From Candidatus Fermentibacteraceae bacterium (GTDB lineage: Bacteria; Fermentibacterota; Fermentibacteria; Fermentibacterales; JCC-6), in NCBI GenBank assembly GCA_041686025.1, contig JAWLEP010000027.1, positions 1-42,218 of the forward strand: a stretch of DNA of 42,218 nucleotides, given 5' to 3'. A program made the translations under genes and the position numbers. Positions within the stretch are counted from its first letter, which is position 1. Each line of letters begins with the position of its first letter. The notes below the pieces were generated by a model, which had not been told where the DNA came from, searched no databases, and saw only the letters and a list, made by a program, of their open reading frames with translations. Below, in pieces: positions 8,201 through 17,153 of this stretch.

Positions 8201-10821
8201 TTCTCCACCGTGTAGTTGCCGTTGCCCTCGGTGTCCTCGGTGTCCAGCTCTCCGTTGGCCCTGCGGACCAGCTCTCCCCCCACCCGCTCCAGCCACACCG
8301 CGTCCTCGCTGATGCTCTGGCCGAGGTCCAGGTAGATGTCGGGGCTGCCGGCCTCGTCCGGCGGGCGGATGTAGAGGCGGATCCTGGTCTTCTCGGTCAT
8401 GTCGATACCGTACTTGTCGATGCAGCGCATCACACCGCCCCAGGAGGCGGTGGGGTTGGACTCGTCGGGGGTGAAGACGATGTCCAGCACCGAGGAGGCC
8501 CGGTCGTTGGCGTCCTCCTCGGATAGGTTGGGGACGATGTCCCCCCTCTCCCAGGCAAAGCCCACGTCGGCGCGGTTGTACCACTTAATCTCTCCGGGAG
8601 GGAATATCATTCCGCTGCTGTCCCGGGGCCTGCTGGCCAGGGACCAGGCCATCCTGCTCTGGCCCACCGGAACGCTGGACTCGGTGCCCTCCATGTCGTC
8701 GATGTAAGCCTTGCCGTCCACGTTGGGGTTGGGGAAGCTGGCCGCCACCTCCCCGGAGAGGACCATTCGGCTCTCCGCCTCGGTGTTCACCAGGGGAACG
8801 GCATTGGCCACGTCGGTGAGCAGCTCGGGGCGGGCCTCGAAGTGGGCGTCCACGTCGGCCACGAAGGTCCGGCTGGACTCCTCCCCCACCCGGGGCCTGT
8901 CCTCGGGGGTGCTCACGTTCTCGAACATCATGGTGGCCCCCACCCAGGAGTGGCGGCCCAGACCGTACACCGCCCGGGTGCCGAAGAGCAGCTTCTGCTG
9001 GGCGGCCAGGAAGGGCAGGTACTCGTAGCGGACCCGCAGCTCGTAGGCCGGGTCCTGGGCCTTCTCCGCCGCCTCCCCCATCAGCGACAGCATGCCGATC
9101 TCGTAGATGATGGTGTAGTCCACGTCCTTCTGCAGGACGATGGTCTCGCCGGCGGCAGACACCAGCTTCACATCCTCGCTGCCGGGGACGATCCCCAGCT
9201 GCCCCAGGGAGTAGGTGGTGGAGGCCGCCCGATACTCCACCGATATGAAGTACTTGCTGTCGGTGGTCTGGGGGTCATTCTTCTCGTAGACCTCCGGGTT
9301 GCGGTGCTCCAGCACCGGGCTGTCGAATGGCCGGGGGTCGGGGAAGACCAGGAACCCGTTGTCCCAGTCCACCGCCTCATCCTCGTCGGCCACGCTGCCG
9401 TCGCCGTTGGTGTCCAGGCCCAGCAGCTCTATGAAAGGGGTGTCCCCCTGGGTGGGGACCGGGTCCTCCCCCGACCGCTTCCTGTATATTGCGCATTCGA
9501 AGCTCTCCTGGACTATGTTGTTCGCGCCCAGGAAGTACCGGTTCCGCAGCTCGTAGAACCAGGTGGGATCGCTGACCGTCCGCTGGGAGTTCTTGATAAG
9601 CTTCAGGTCGTATGGCCCTCCCACCGGCGCCGAGCCCACGGTGTCGCCGGCGGCAGTCACGTACCAGACGGCCAGCCTGTAGTACTCGGGTATCGGCTCG
9701 TTGAAGCGGATGTAGGAGGAGCCCTCCAGGACGAAGTCCTCCTCCTGGCCAATGAGCAGCTCGTCCCATGCGCATTCGTAGTCGAAGGTGGTGTCCTCCA
9801 GGAAGGCGGTGCCCTCCACCGCTCCGGTCTCGTCGTTGTTGGTTCCGTCGAGGTCGTCCTGGAAGACCCGGATGCTGACGATCTCCGGCTGCGGCGCCGT
9901 GTCCGGCTCGGTTACGAAGAAGTAGTTCTCCGCCGGCTGGATGTCCATGATGGTGTCGGTGTACATGGTGGCCTGGCCCACGAACTCGGCGGACTCGGTG
10001 GAGCTGGCCTCCTTGCTGCCGATGGTGGTGATCTCCACCGGTCCCACCTGGGCCTCCACCTTGGCCCCGAACAGGCCCTGGTGGGGTATGCTGTAGGAGA
10101 GGAACTCCGGGCCGGTGATGGAGAGGCTCACGTCGCCGAGCTCCACGCTCTGCACCACCTCGTCCTCGTAGCCGTTGTAGGAGATCATCAGGGTGTTCTC
10201 CGGCTGCAGGTCGCGCTCGCTGTCGTGGTCCACGCTGACGTTTATCTTCTCGCCTATGGTGCCGTCCAGCTTGATCTGCAGCTCCTGCTCCATCTTCAGG
10301 TCGGGGAACAGGGACTGGCTCTCGCCCTCCTGCGTGGGCCGGTTGGGCTGGTAGTGGGTGATGCCCGAGAGGGTGATCTTCTGATGGCCGCTTATGTTCA
10401 GCTGCCCCCCCTCGCCTATGGCCCGCTCCACCGCGTCGGGCATGTCCAGGGGGAGGTAGATGGTGGGCAGCAGGGAGCCCTCCTCCCTGGCCCGCCGGAT
10501 GTAGCTTTCGGCGTTCGTCCTGCGCCAGACCGACCTGACGCTCCAGCCTATCTGCCTTGCGGTCAGCGCCGAGCGCTCCCCCGCCATGGCGGGGGAGACG
10601 GGCAGGCCAAGGTAGTAGAGCCTCCAGGTCAGCAGACCCTCCCGGACGGAGCTTCGCAGACGCACGGTTCTGCCAGGTTCGGGATAGAGGGCTGGAACCT
10701 CATCGTCCAGTACGCGGTAGGGATAGTCCGGGAGCAGCATGGGAGGATCCACGCCGTATTCGGCCAGCGAAACGGCGGAGAGCAGAAGCACTATCGGCAG
10801 GCATAGAGTCTTTGTCTTCAC
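5215..10821 (-). CDS. sprA: SprA/Sov-family large outer-membrane beta-barrel (type IX secretion translocon homologue)
   Basis: About 1870 aa with a signal peptide. SprA-like motifs: MEQELQIKLDGTIGEKINVSVDHDSE, YNGYEDEVVQSVELGDVS, GLFGAK, IVPGSEDVKL...DYTIIYEIG, PNPNVDGKAYIDDMEG, DSEDLNRNG, EVWLND, C-terminal F. Probable GTG start at 10821 with upstream GGAGG. Confidence 0.85.
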   Translation of the reverse strand: MKTKTLCLPIVLLLSAVSLAEYGVDPPMLLPDYPYRVLDDEVPALYPEPGRTVRLRSSVREGLLTWRLYYLGLPVSPAMAGERSALTARQIGWSVRSVWRRTNAESYIRRAREEGSLLPTIYLPLDMPDAVERAIGEGGQLNISGHQKITLSGITHYQPNRPTQEGESQSLFPDLKMEQELQIKLDGTIGEKINVSVDHDSERDLQPENTLMISYNGYEDEVVQSVELGDVSLSITGPEFLSYSIPHQGLFGAKVEAQVGPVEITTIGSKEASSTESAEFVGQATMYTDTIMDIQPAENYFFVTEPDTAPQPEIVSIRVFQDDLDGTNNDETGAVEGTAFLEDTTFDYECAWDELLIGQEEDFVLEGSSYIRFNEPIPEYYRLAVWYVTAAGDTVGSAPVGGPYDLKLIKNSQRTVSDPTWFYELRNRYFLGANNIVQESFECAIYRKRSGEDPVPTQGDTPFIELLGLDTNGDGSVADEDEAVDWDNGFLVFPDPRPFDSPVLEHRNPEVYEKNDPQTTDSKYFISVEYRAASTTYSLGQLGIVPGSEDVKLVSAAGETIVLQKDVDYTIIYEIGMLSLMGEAAEKAQDPAYELRVRYEYLPFLAAQQKLLFGTRAVYGLGRHSWVGATMMFENVSTPEDRPRVGEESSRTFVADVDAHFEARPELLTDVANAVPLVNTEAESRMVLSGEVAASFPNPNVDGKAYIDDMEGTESSVPVGQSRMAWSLASRPRDSSGMIFPPGEIKWYNRADVGFAWERGDIVPNLSEEDANDRASSVLDIVFTPDESNPTASWGGVMRCIDKYGIDMTEKTRIRLYIRPPDEAGSPDIYLDLGQSISEDAVWLERVGGELVRRANGELDTEDTEGNGNYTVEKDTGLDNLMSSEEPGYDEDENPDPNQDDYGSANYPYEDINNTERNNRLDSEDLNRNGSLDTSNLFFRIRIPYDDPEYIVSENPENGWRLVEIPLGDSTLISVPEQVSGTPTWENISFARIWVEGFTAPDTLELYEMSIVGNRWEQRGVFAQERPAPQVLPFEQLLVSTVNNKENPEYIADPPPGIDPGEDEQGNEKLEQALKLEAVSIQPGHEGRATQVYYSDEDYTGYSGYRFLLHGESGGSGEFFLRMGTDSLNYYEVNVGLQQGWQEVEVDIDDLTDLKETLDGMEEADYLREGDLAVRGKPNFASVLELSAGVRNNTSQALTTEVWLNDITLRRPYSETGFAHRVSSQLEFADLLLLDGDYRKMGAHFHGLGQTSGQGYASTDLSGSATLNLDRFAPPLWSLSMPFNIALSRKITEPVFQPNSDIRLNPEESWENRTDQNGLNTSISLRRSGRSDRVLMRYLVDAFSLQHNYGRSRKISPSYTDSSTSSRYKVTYSVNPGRMRLLRLPVMGDLRLRPTSVGWSVERTNGWGVRWESISGDTVQTRYNFKRDLRATGSVGFRLWEGQTTNYSLNVDRDLLYPWRGDMPFNVGREVERSQSASVSQEINLLDFLRPRVSYDAQYGSARPSPHTASGDDSLGLYDFSLSTTRRLNLRVGLVHTIRSLARLRDERRDEEAEPGSPRWLLIKLEELSGKFNDPQVTISRTLGSDYRDMDSLPGAEYQFGLQTELEEREAYQRSKSDNVSVSGGIRPVSAMSVRLEYSNTDSRSYYSGYWNRQESTTWPSVKVSLSGVERLGPLENLFQSGSVNTSYQFKTNRSGRFEQGEFVPTSRTETTSWSPLLSFSATLQNDVQLTLTDNNSVSLSRNYTGAGARTRSASNSAQVKLQYAFSAPGGLAIPLPLLDRLRVSFQSDLTTSLSFSRSTSRSEILGLPEGDQVQSDKLEWRMEPALNYDFGSVTAGLTGIYGWKKDKVNSLYDQRDVGMNVWVNINF

Positions 10822-11023
10822 GTAACTTCTATATCCTCCCGGCGCGCGGCAGTTCCCCTGCGACATGATGCGGGGCAGTGGTTATGTATTGCCCAGCCTC
10901 CGCGGCGGCGGAGGCCCGTCGAAAAGCTGGCCATCGGAACGGAGTCACTATCATTGTTCCAAAGCGGTGCGTCTGCAACGTCTCGGGGCGAAGCCGGAAC
11001 CGCGAAAGGGGACTCGGGCGGCA

Positions 11024-12406
11024 ATGGTGAAGAGACTGCACCTGTACGTGGCCCGGGAGTTCGTGGCCCCCTTCCTGCTCTCCGTCAGCGTCTTCACCTT
11101 CGTGATGCTGCTGGACAAGCTGCTGGATCTGCTGGACATGATCGTCAGCAAGGGGGTGCCCCTGCGTACGGTGGCGGAGGTCTTCCTGCTCCTGCTGCCC
11201 TCCATGATCGCCGTGGTGATACCCATGGGGGTCCTGGCCGGGGTTCTGATGGCCGTGGGCCGCCTGTCGGGCGACCTGGAGATCACGGCGATGAAGGCCT
11301 CCGGGGTCTCCATATTCACACCCATGGCCCCCCTGCTGGCTATCGCCGTGCTCCTGGCCGGAGTCCTGGTGCTCTTCAACAACAGCATTCTCCCCGACGC
11401 CAACCACCTGGCCAAGAATCTCCTTCTGGACATCGGCACCATGCGGCCCACCGCCAGGATAGTGCCCGGGATGTTCGTGGACGACGTGGAGGGCTACAGG
11501 ATCCTGGTGGAGTCCAAGGACGACATCACGGGCAGGCTGCACAACGTTGTGGTCCACGAGAACGTGCCGGGGAGGGTCCGCCGCACCATCACCGCCAGGA
11601 CCGGCAGGATGGAGCCGGTGTCCGCCAACAGGATGAGGCTGGTCCTCTTCGACGGCCAGATGCACGAGATGGCACCCAAGGAGGGCTACCGGAAGCTGGA
11701 CTTCTCCACCTACAGCGTGCTGGTGACCCGCGCAAGCGAGCTGGTGCGCCGGGACCGGGAGAACCGCGGCGACAGGGAGCTGTCCAGCGCCGAGATGAGG
11801 GCCCTGGTGGACTCCATGCAGCTGCAGGGCGCCCTGCTGAGGGACTCCCTCTCCGTACTGGCCCGAAGGCCCCTGGTGGCCCTGGTGGGGGGAGAGCCCA
11901 TCCGCTACGGGGACGAGGCGGTGGCCAGGACCTTCCCCCCCGCCGACTCCCTGGAGCCCAGGGCGAGGTACAACCTGGCCAGGAACTACGTCTCCCGGGT
12001 CACTGCGGACCTGCGGGTGCTGCGGGACCGGTCGGAGTCGGCCTTCCGCAACGCCAGCAAGTATCGGGTGGAGATACACAAAAAGTACTCCATCCCCTTT
12101 GCCTGCATAGTCTTCGTGTTTCTGGGAGTACCCCTTGCCCTCTCCATCCGGCAGGGAAGCGCCGGAGTGGCCCTGGGCGTCAGCCTGCTGTTCATCGTGG
12201 TCTACTACCTCTTCCTGATAGGCGGTGAGCAGCTTGCCGACAGGCAGCTGGTCTCCCCCTTCATGGCCATGTGGGCGCCGAACATCGTCCTGGGGGCGCT
12301 GGGCGCGTACCTTACCGCCCGCAGCCTCCACGAGGGCAACCCCGTTCCCATTCCCAACCCGAAGGAGATCTGGAGGCGGATCCGTGGCGGGAGCTCGAAG
12401 AGCTGA
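11024..12406 (+). CDS. lptF: LPS export ABC permease LptF/LptG family (LptF-like, long periplasmic insert)
   Basis: RLHLYVAREF, GRLSGDLEITAMKASGVS, EIHKKYSIPFACIVFVFLGVPL, AMWAPNI. Start ATG 11024. Confidence 0.88.
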   Translation: MVKRLHLYVAREFVAPFLLSVSVFTFVMLLDKLLDLLDMIVSKGVPLRTVAEVFLLLLPSMIAVVIPMGVLAGVLMAVGRLSGDLEITAMKASGVSIFTPMAPLLAIAVLLAGVLVLFNNSILPDANHLAKNLLLDIGTMRPTARIVPGMFVDDVEGYRILVESKDDITGRLHNVVVHENVPGRVRRTITARTGRMEPVSANRMRLVLFDGQMHEMAPKEGYRKLDFSTYSVLVTRASELVRRDRENRGDRELSSAEMRALVDSMQLQGALLRDSLSVLARRPLVALVGGEPIRYGDEAVARTFPPADSLEPRARYNLARNYVSRVTADLRVLRDRSESAFRNASKYRVEIHKKYSIPFACIVFVFLGVPLALSIRQGSAGVALGVSLLFIVVYYLFLIGGEQLADRQLVSPFMAMWAPNIVLGALGAYLTARSLHEGNPVPIPNPKEIWRRIRGGSSKS

Positions 12407-13497
12407 TGCTGGTGCGAAGGCTCGACCTCTACGTCGGGATACGCTTTCTGAAGATGATCACCATGGCGATAGTGGCCTTCGTGGTGATCTTCGTCAGCGT
12501 GGACGCCTTCGAGCATTTCAGCCGCTGGGTGGACAAGGACGTGGGGATGGTCACCTTCGCGAAGTACTACTGGTACGGCCTTCCCTACATCATCGTCCTG
12601 GTGATGCCGGTGGCGCTTCTGCTCTGCTCTCTCTTCCTGGTCTCCTCCCTGGCGCGGCGCAACGAGCTGGTGGCCATGCGGGCGGCAGGGATAAGCATCC
12701 CCCGGATCTTCCTCCCCATGATAGCCATCGGCTTCCTGGCCTCGGTGTTCGTGATGGTGGTGGGGGACCTCGTGGTGGCCGACGCCACCTACCGGCAGAC
12801 TGTGGTAAAGCGGGTGGAGATAGACGGCAAGGAGCCGGTGAACTACCGCATGCGCCACAACTTCGCCCACCGCACGGTGGGAGGGGCCATTCTGGAGATA
12901 GGATACTTCAACGGCCGGGCCGAGGAGATGACCAACGTATCGGTGGAATGGTACGACGACAGCTCCCGGGTAACCCGCCGGCTGGAGGCCCACCGGATGT
13001 GGTGGGCCGACAGCGTGTGGATGGCTACCCGGGTCCGGGACCGCCGCTTCGGCCCTGGGGGAGCGGTGGTGTTCGGGACCGCGGACACCGCGGCCGTGCC
13101 GGCCATCACGGATACGCCCCAGGACTTCGGCACCCGGCAGAAGACCCCCGAGGAGATGAACTTCTTCCAGCTGCTGGACTACATCGGGAGGGTCAGGCGG
13201 GCCGGAGGAGACCCCAGGGGCGACCTGGTGGAGCTCTACCTGAAGATCTTCTTTCCCCTGGCCAACCTGATCATGGTCCTGGTGGGCGCCCCCCTGGCGG
13301 CCCGCAACCCCAGAAGCGGCAAGTCCACCAGCGTGGGAATCGCCATATTCCTGGCCTTTCTCTTCTTCTCCATGGTGCGCTTCGGCCAGACACTGGGCCA
13401 CAAAGGTGCCCTGCCCCCGCTGCCGGCAGCCGCCCTGGCGGATGTAGTCTACATCCTGCTGGGGACCTTTCTGCTCTACAGGACCGCCCGGAGGTAG
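12406..13497 (+). CDS. lptG: LPS export ABC permease LptG-like
   Basis: RRLDLYV, LARRNELVAMRAAGIS, PEEMNFFQL, KIFFPLANLIMVLVGAPL. TGATG overlap with the lptF stop. Confidence 0.88.
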   Translation: MLVRRLDLYVGIRFLKMITMAIVAFVVIFVSVDAFEHFSRWVDKDVGMVTFAKYYWYGLPYIIVLVMPVALLLCSLFLVSSLARRNELVAMRAAGISIPRIFLPMIAIGFLASVFVMVVGDLVVADATYRQTVVKRVEIDGKEPVNYRMRHNFAHRTVGGAILEIGYFNGRAEEMTNVSVEWYDDSSRVTRRLEAHRMWWADSVWMATRVRDRRFGPGGAVVFGTADTAAVPAITDTPQDFGTRQKTPEEMNFFQLLDYIGRVRRAGGDPRGDLVELYLKIFFPLANLIMVLVGAPLAARNPRSGKSTSVGIAIFLAFLFFSMVRFGQTLGHKGALPPLPAAALADVVYILLGTFLLYRTARR

Positions 13498-13507
13498 CCC
13501 GGGGCAC

Positions 13508-13537
13508 TTGCCCGCCCCGCCTCCGCTGAGATATGCT
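13508..13537 (+). promoter_or_regulatory. Putative sigma70 promoter for serC (TTGCCC-18-TATGCT)
   Basis: Hexamers seen in the lptG-serC gap; GGGAGG RBS before ATG 13597. Confidence 0.45.
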
Positions 13538-13596
13538 TACCGCACCGACTGGTTCGGAGGAGCTGGCTCAGTAAACGCTTTTCACGGGAGGCCGAA

Positions 13597-14679
13597 ATGG
13601 CTGAGAGAGTGCACAACTTCTACGCGGGACCCGCCACGCTGCCCTGGGACGTGGTGAAGAAGACGGCCGAGGGCGTTCTGGAGTTCGGGGACCTCGGGCT
13701 GTCCGTCATGGAGATCTCACACCGCTCCAAGCCCTTCGACAGGATGTTCAAGAGGGCCCAGAGCAACATGCTGAAGGTGATGGGCCTCTCGGAGGAGGAG
13801 TACACGGTCTTCTTCCTTGGTGGAGGGGCCAGTACGCAGTTCTGCATGATCCCCTTCAACTTCCTGCCCGAGGACGGTCAGGCGGACTACGTGAACACCG
13901 GCCGCTGGTCGCAGAAGGCCGTCAAGGAGGCCGAGCTCTTCGGCAAGGTCAACATCGCCGCCGACAGCGAGCCCGACAACTTCACCTGGGTGCCCCGGGA
14001 GTTCAAGCTCAACCCGGCGGCCGCCTACGTACACACCACCAGCAACAACACAGTGGCCGGCACCCAGATGTTCGAGTTCCCCGACACCGGCAACGTGCCC
14101 ATGGTCAGCGACATGTCGTCCGACTTCCTCTCCCGGAGGCTGGACTTCGACAAGTTCGACCTGATGTACGCCGGCGCCCAGAAGAACATCGGGCCCGCAG
14201 GCGTCACCGCCGTGGTGATCCGTCGCTCCTGGATCGACGACGCCAAGGAGGGCGTGCCCACCATGCTCTCCTACAGGACACACCTCAAGAAGGACTCGCT
14301 GTTCAACACCCCTCCCTCCCTCCCCGTCTACGTTGTGGGCCTGGTTATGGAGTGGATACTGGAGAACGGCGGCCTGGAGGAGGTGGAGAAGCGCAACGAC
14401 CGCAAGGCGGCCATGATCTACGACACCATCGACGACAGCGACGGCTTCTACCGGGGAGTGGTCCGCGAGGACAGCCGCTCCAAGATGAACATCACCTTCC
14501 GGCTTCCCAGCGAGGAGCTGGAGGCGAAGTTCGTGGACGAGGGCGCCCGCAGGGGACTCCTGGGCCTGAAGGGCCACCGCTCGGTGGGCGGCTGCCGCGC
14601 CAGCATCTACAACGCCATGACCGAGGAGGGCGTGGGCGACCTGGTGGAGTTCATGAAGGAGTTCCGCCGCAGCAACTAG
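13597..14679 (+). CDS. serC: Phosphoserine aminotransferase
   Basis: HNFYAGPATLP, SVMEISHRS, GGGASTQF, DMSSD, PLP lysine motif GAQKNIGPAG, NTPP, GHRSVGGCRASIYNA. Confidence 0.97.
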   Translation: MAERVHNFYAGPATLPWDVVKKTAEGVLEFGDLGLSVMEISHRSKPFDRMFKRAQSNMLKVMGLSEEEYTVFFLGGGASTQFCMIPFNFLPEDGQADYVNTGRWSQKAVKEAELFGKVNIAADSEPDNFTWVPREFKLNPAAAYVHTTSNNTVAGTQMFEFPDTGNVPMVSDMSSDFLSRRLDFDKFDLMYAGAQKNIGPAGVTAVVIRRSWIDDAKEGVPTMLSYRTHLKKDSLFNTPPSLPVYVVGLVMEWILENGGLEEVEKRNDRKAAMIYDTIDDSDGFYRGVVREDSRSKMNITFRLPSEELEAKFVDEGARRGLLGLKGHRSVGGCRASIYNAMTEEGVGDLVEFMKEFRRSN

Positions 14680-14696
14680 CCCCGCTGTCAGGAATG

Positions 14697-14726
14697 GGGG
14701 GCGCCTGCAGGCGCCCCCTCTTCTTT
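14697..14726 (+). terminator. Intrinsic terminator between convergent serC and the lipoprotein gene
   Basis: GGGGGCGCC-TGCA-GGCGCCCCC stem followed by TCTTCTTT. Confidence 0.75.
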
Positions 14727-14732
14727 GTGACG

Positions 14733-15260
14733 TCAGGGAAAGCTGATGCTGTCCACCATGTCGTCGAAAGCGGCGCGGGCCCGGTCCCGCCTCTCCCAGG
14801 GGCAGCCCCCCTGGAGGACTACCAGCATGTCGCCTGCGGACACGAAGCTCTCCTGCAGGTACCAGACGCTTCCGTCGTCCCTGGTGGCCCGGAAGCGCAC
14901 CGTCAGCGCTTTCTCTCCGGCGTCCGGCGCGGTCCTCTCCGTCTCCGCCATGCCGCCTCCCCAGTGGCCCGACATGTCTCGGATGTATTCGCGCAGCAGC
15001 CGGGAGACTGCTGCGTCGAAGCCTGACGGGGAAAGGGGCAGCAGCCTTACCTGTATGCCCATCCCGTCTCCCCCGGTGATGTCGGCCCTTATGAGGCCGT
15101 CGCCGGCGGTGCGGTCGGAGAGGCTCCATCCCCCGGGTACCTCGAGGCTGTAGCCGGCCGGGTCGTCGAAGGTCTTCGGGCCATCGCCTTCCCCTCCGCC
15201 GCAGGCCGACGCAAGGACTGCCATGATCAGTGGTCCGATGCGGATGCGGTGGCACTTCAT
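14733..15260 (-). CDS. Hypothetical lipoprotein, possibly PsbP/DcrB-like fold
   Basis: MKCHRIRIGPLIMAVLASA-C lipobox; FDDPAGYSLEVPGGW and terminal FDDMVDSISF resemble PsbP-like proteins. ATGA overlap with the ABC ATPase stop. Confidence 0.65.
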   Translation of the reverse strand: MKCHRIRIGPLIMAVLASACGGGEGDGPKTFDDPAGYSLEVPGGWSLSDRTAGDGLIRADITGGDGMGIQVRLLPLSPSGFDAAVSRLLREYIRDMSGHWGGGMAETERTAPDAGEKALTVRFRATRDDGSVWYLQESFVSAGDMLVVLQGGCPWERRDRARAAFDDMVDSISFP

Positions 15261-16069
15261 CCTCGACCGAGCCCTTCGGTCTGGCGGCATTGTCCTTCGG
15301 GGTCCGGGGAGCGGTCGTCCAGCGGCAGGACAAAGGGATGGTCCTGGTGCCAGCGAAGCTCCACCGGCACCCCGTACACCTCCTCCACTACCTGCGGGGT
15401 GATGCCCTCCCTGTCCACATCGGCATGTATTGCGCCGTCCCGCAGGAACAGGAAGCGGTCCGCGTAGCGGAAGGCGGTGTTCAGGTCGTGCATGGTGACG
15501 ATCGCCGACATCCGGTGGCCCTTCACAATGGTCTGCAGCAGCCTGAGTATCTCCAGCTGGTTGTAGAGGTCCAGGGAGGCGGTGGGCTCGTCGGCCAGCA
15601 TCAGAACGGGCTGCTGCACTATGGCCCTTGCCAGGCATACCTTCTGGTGCTCCCCGCCGCTCATCTCATCGGTGTGCCGGAGGGCGAGGTCCGATAGCCC
15701 CAGGAGCCGGAGGGCGGCCTCCGCCAGGCGGATGTCCCTGTCGGTGACCCGCCAGGACATGTGGGGCCTGCGGCCCAGCAGCACCGCATCGAAGGCGGTC
15801 ACCCTTCCCGGCTCGCTTCGCTGGGGAACGTAGGCTATCCTCCGGGCCAGGCCCCTGCGGGTGTAGTCGCCGGTCTCCCTCCCCTCCAGAAGCACTGTGC
15901 CGCTGTCGGGTCTCAGTATGCCGTTGAGGCAGCGCAGCAGGGTGGTCTTGCCCGATCCGTTGGGCCCCATGACCGCCGTGATCCGGTGGGTTTCGAGACG
16001 GAAGGAGAGGTCCCGGAGCACCGGCATACGGCCGTAGGAGAAGGTGAGCCCGCTGGCCTCCAGGATCAT
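15257..16069 (-). CDS. Iron-complex/cobalamin ABC transporter ATP-binding subunit (FecE/BtuD-like)
   Basis: Start MILEASGL at 16069; GPNGSGKTT, MSGGEHQKV, LADEPTASLD, TMHDLN. Confidence 0.92.
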   Translation of the reverse strand: MILEASGLTFSYGRMPVLRDLSFRLETHRITAVMGPNGSGKTTLLRCLNGILRPDSGTVLLEGRETGDYTRRGLARRIAYVPQRSEPGRVTAFDAVLLGRRPHMSWRVTDRDIRLAEAALRLLGLSDLALRHTDEMSGGEHQKVCLARAIVQQPVLMLADEPTASLDLYNQLEILRLLQTIVKGHRMSAIVTMHDLNTAFRYADRFLFLRDGAIHADVDREGITPQVVEEVYGVPVELRWHQDHPFVLPLDDRSPDPEGQCRQTEGLGRG

Positions 16070-17133
16070 CGCCTGTACCCCCTCAGCAGAAGGGCGATGA
16101 AGGCGGGTGCGCCTATGAAGGCCGTGACCACAGCCACCGGTAGCACCTGCGGCGCCAGGACCAGACGGGCTGCGGTGTCCGCCGCCAGCAGAAGGCCCGA
16201 GCCGGCGATCAGCGAGCCCGGTATCAGGAACCTGTGGTCGTCGCCCACTATCCTGCGGACCATGTGGGGGCAGACCAGCCCCACGAAGCCTATGACGCCC
16301 ACGAAGGAGATGATGGTGGCCGTCACCAGGGAGGCGATGAGCATCCCCGCCAGCCGCAGCCTCTGCACCGCCACTCCCAGGCCCCGGGCCGTCTCGTCGC
16401 CGGCGTCGATGGCGTTGTAGTCCAGCCTGTTGGCCAGGAAGTATCCCGAGGCCGCCGCGGCGACCGCCGCCATGACGGACAGCTCCCGCCAGCTGGCCCT
16501 TCCCAGGTCCCCGAAGGTCCAGAAGACCATGGCCGCCAGCTGAACGTCGTCGGCGAAGTACTGCAGCACCATGGTGCCGGCGGTGAACAGCGACCCCATG
16601 GCCACTCCGGTGAGCACCATCACCTCCGGCGATGCCCTGCGGATGCGGGATACCGCCAGTATCACGCCGGTGGCCAGCAGGCTGGCGGCGAAGGCTGTTA
16701 CGGTTGTGAGGTAGGGGTCCGCTACGGATACGGCATCGGCCGCGGCGCTCTGCATGGCGCCGGTGCCCAGGAACATCACCGAGAAGGCCGCTCCGAAGGC
16801 GGCTGCGTTGGATATGCCCAGGGTGAAGGGCGAGCCCAGGGGATTGCGGAGTATCGACTGCATGGCCACCCCGGCCACCGACAGCCCTGCCCCCGCGGCT
16901 ACGGCGGCCAGTGCCTGGGGGAGCCTGATCTGGACGACGATGGTGTGCCAGCGGCCGCCGCCCCCGCCGGTCAGGACGCGGACCACCTCCCGCAGCGGCA
17001 CCGTGACCGCCCCCACGGAGACGGAGACCAGCAGCAGGACAAGAAGCAGCACCCCGCCCAGTACCAGCGCTACCGTCTTGGCCGTGGTGTAGCGGGTGTA
17101 CTCCTCGGGGACCTTCCCGTCCTCCAGGTGCAT
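16066..17133 (-). CDS. FecCD/BtuC-family ABC permease
   Basis: IRLPQ, MQSILRNPLGSPFTLGIS, GDETARGLGV, GVIGFVGLVCPHMVR, GAPAFIALL. Confidence 0.94.
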   Translation of the reverse strand: MHLEDGKVPEEYTRYTTAKTVALVLGGVLLLVLLLVSVSVGAVTVPLREVVRVLTGGGGGRWHTIVVQIRLPQALAAVAAGAGLSVAGVAMQSILRNPLGSPFTLGISNAAAFGAAFSVMFLGTGAMQSAAADAVSVADPYLTTVTAFAASLLATGVILAVSRIRRASPEVMVLTGVAMGSLFTAGTMVLQYFADDVQLAAMVFWTFGDLGRASWRELSVMAAVAAAASGYFLANRLDYNAIDAGDETARGLGVAVQRLRLAGMLIASLVTATIISFVGVIGFVGLVCPHMVRRIVGDDHRFLIPGSLIAGSGLLLAADTAARLVLAPQVLPVAVVTAFIGAPAFIALLLRGYRR

Positions 17134-17153
17134 CCGTCAGCTCTCCCTGCGGG

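Noticed and set aside
10985..11023. GGCGAAGCC...GAAA hairpin before lptF resembling the 5' half of a c-di-GMP-I riboswitch
   Set aside because: The second stem (GACGCAAAGC...) is absent and the CDS starts immediately.
13540..13590. tRNA-like words (GGTTCG, GGCTCAG) upstream of serC
   Set aside because: The words are in the wrong order, the region is too short, and no cloverleaf forms.
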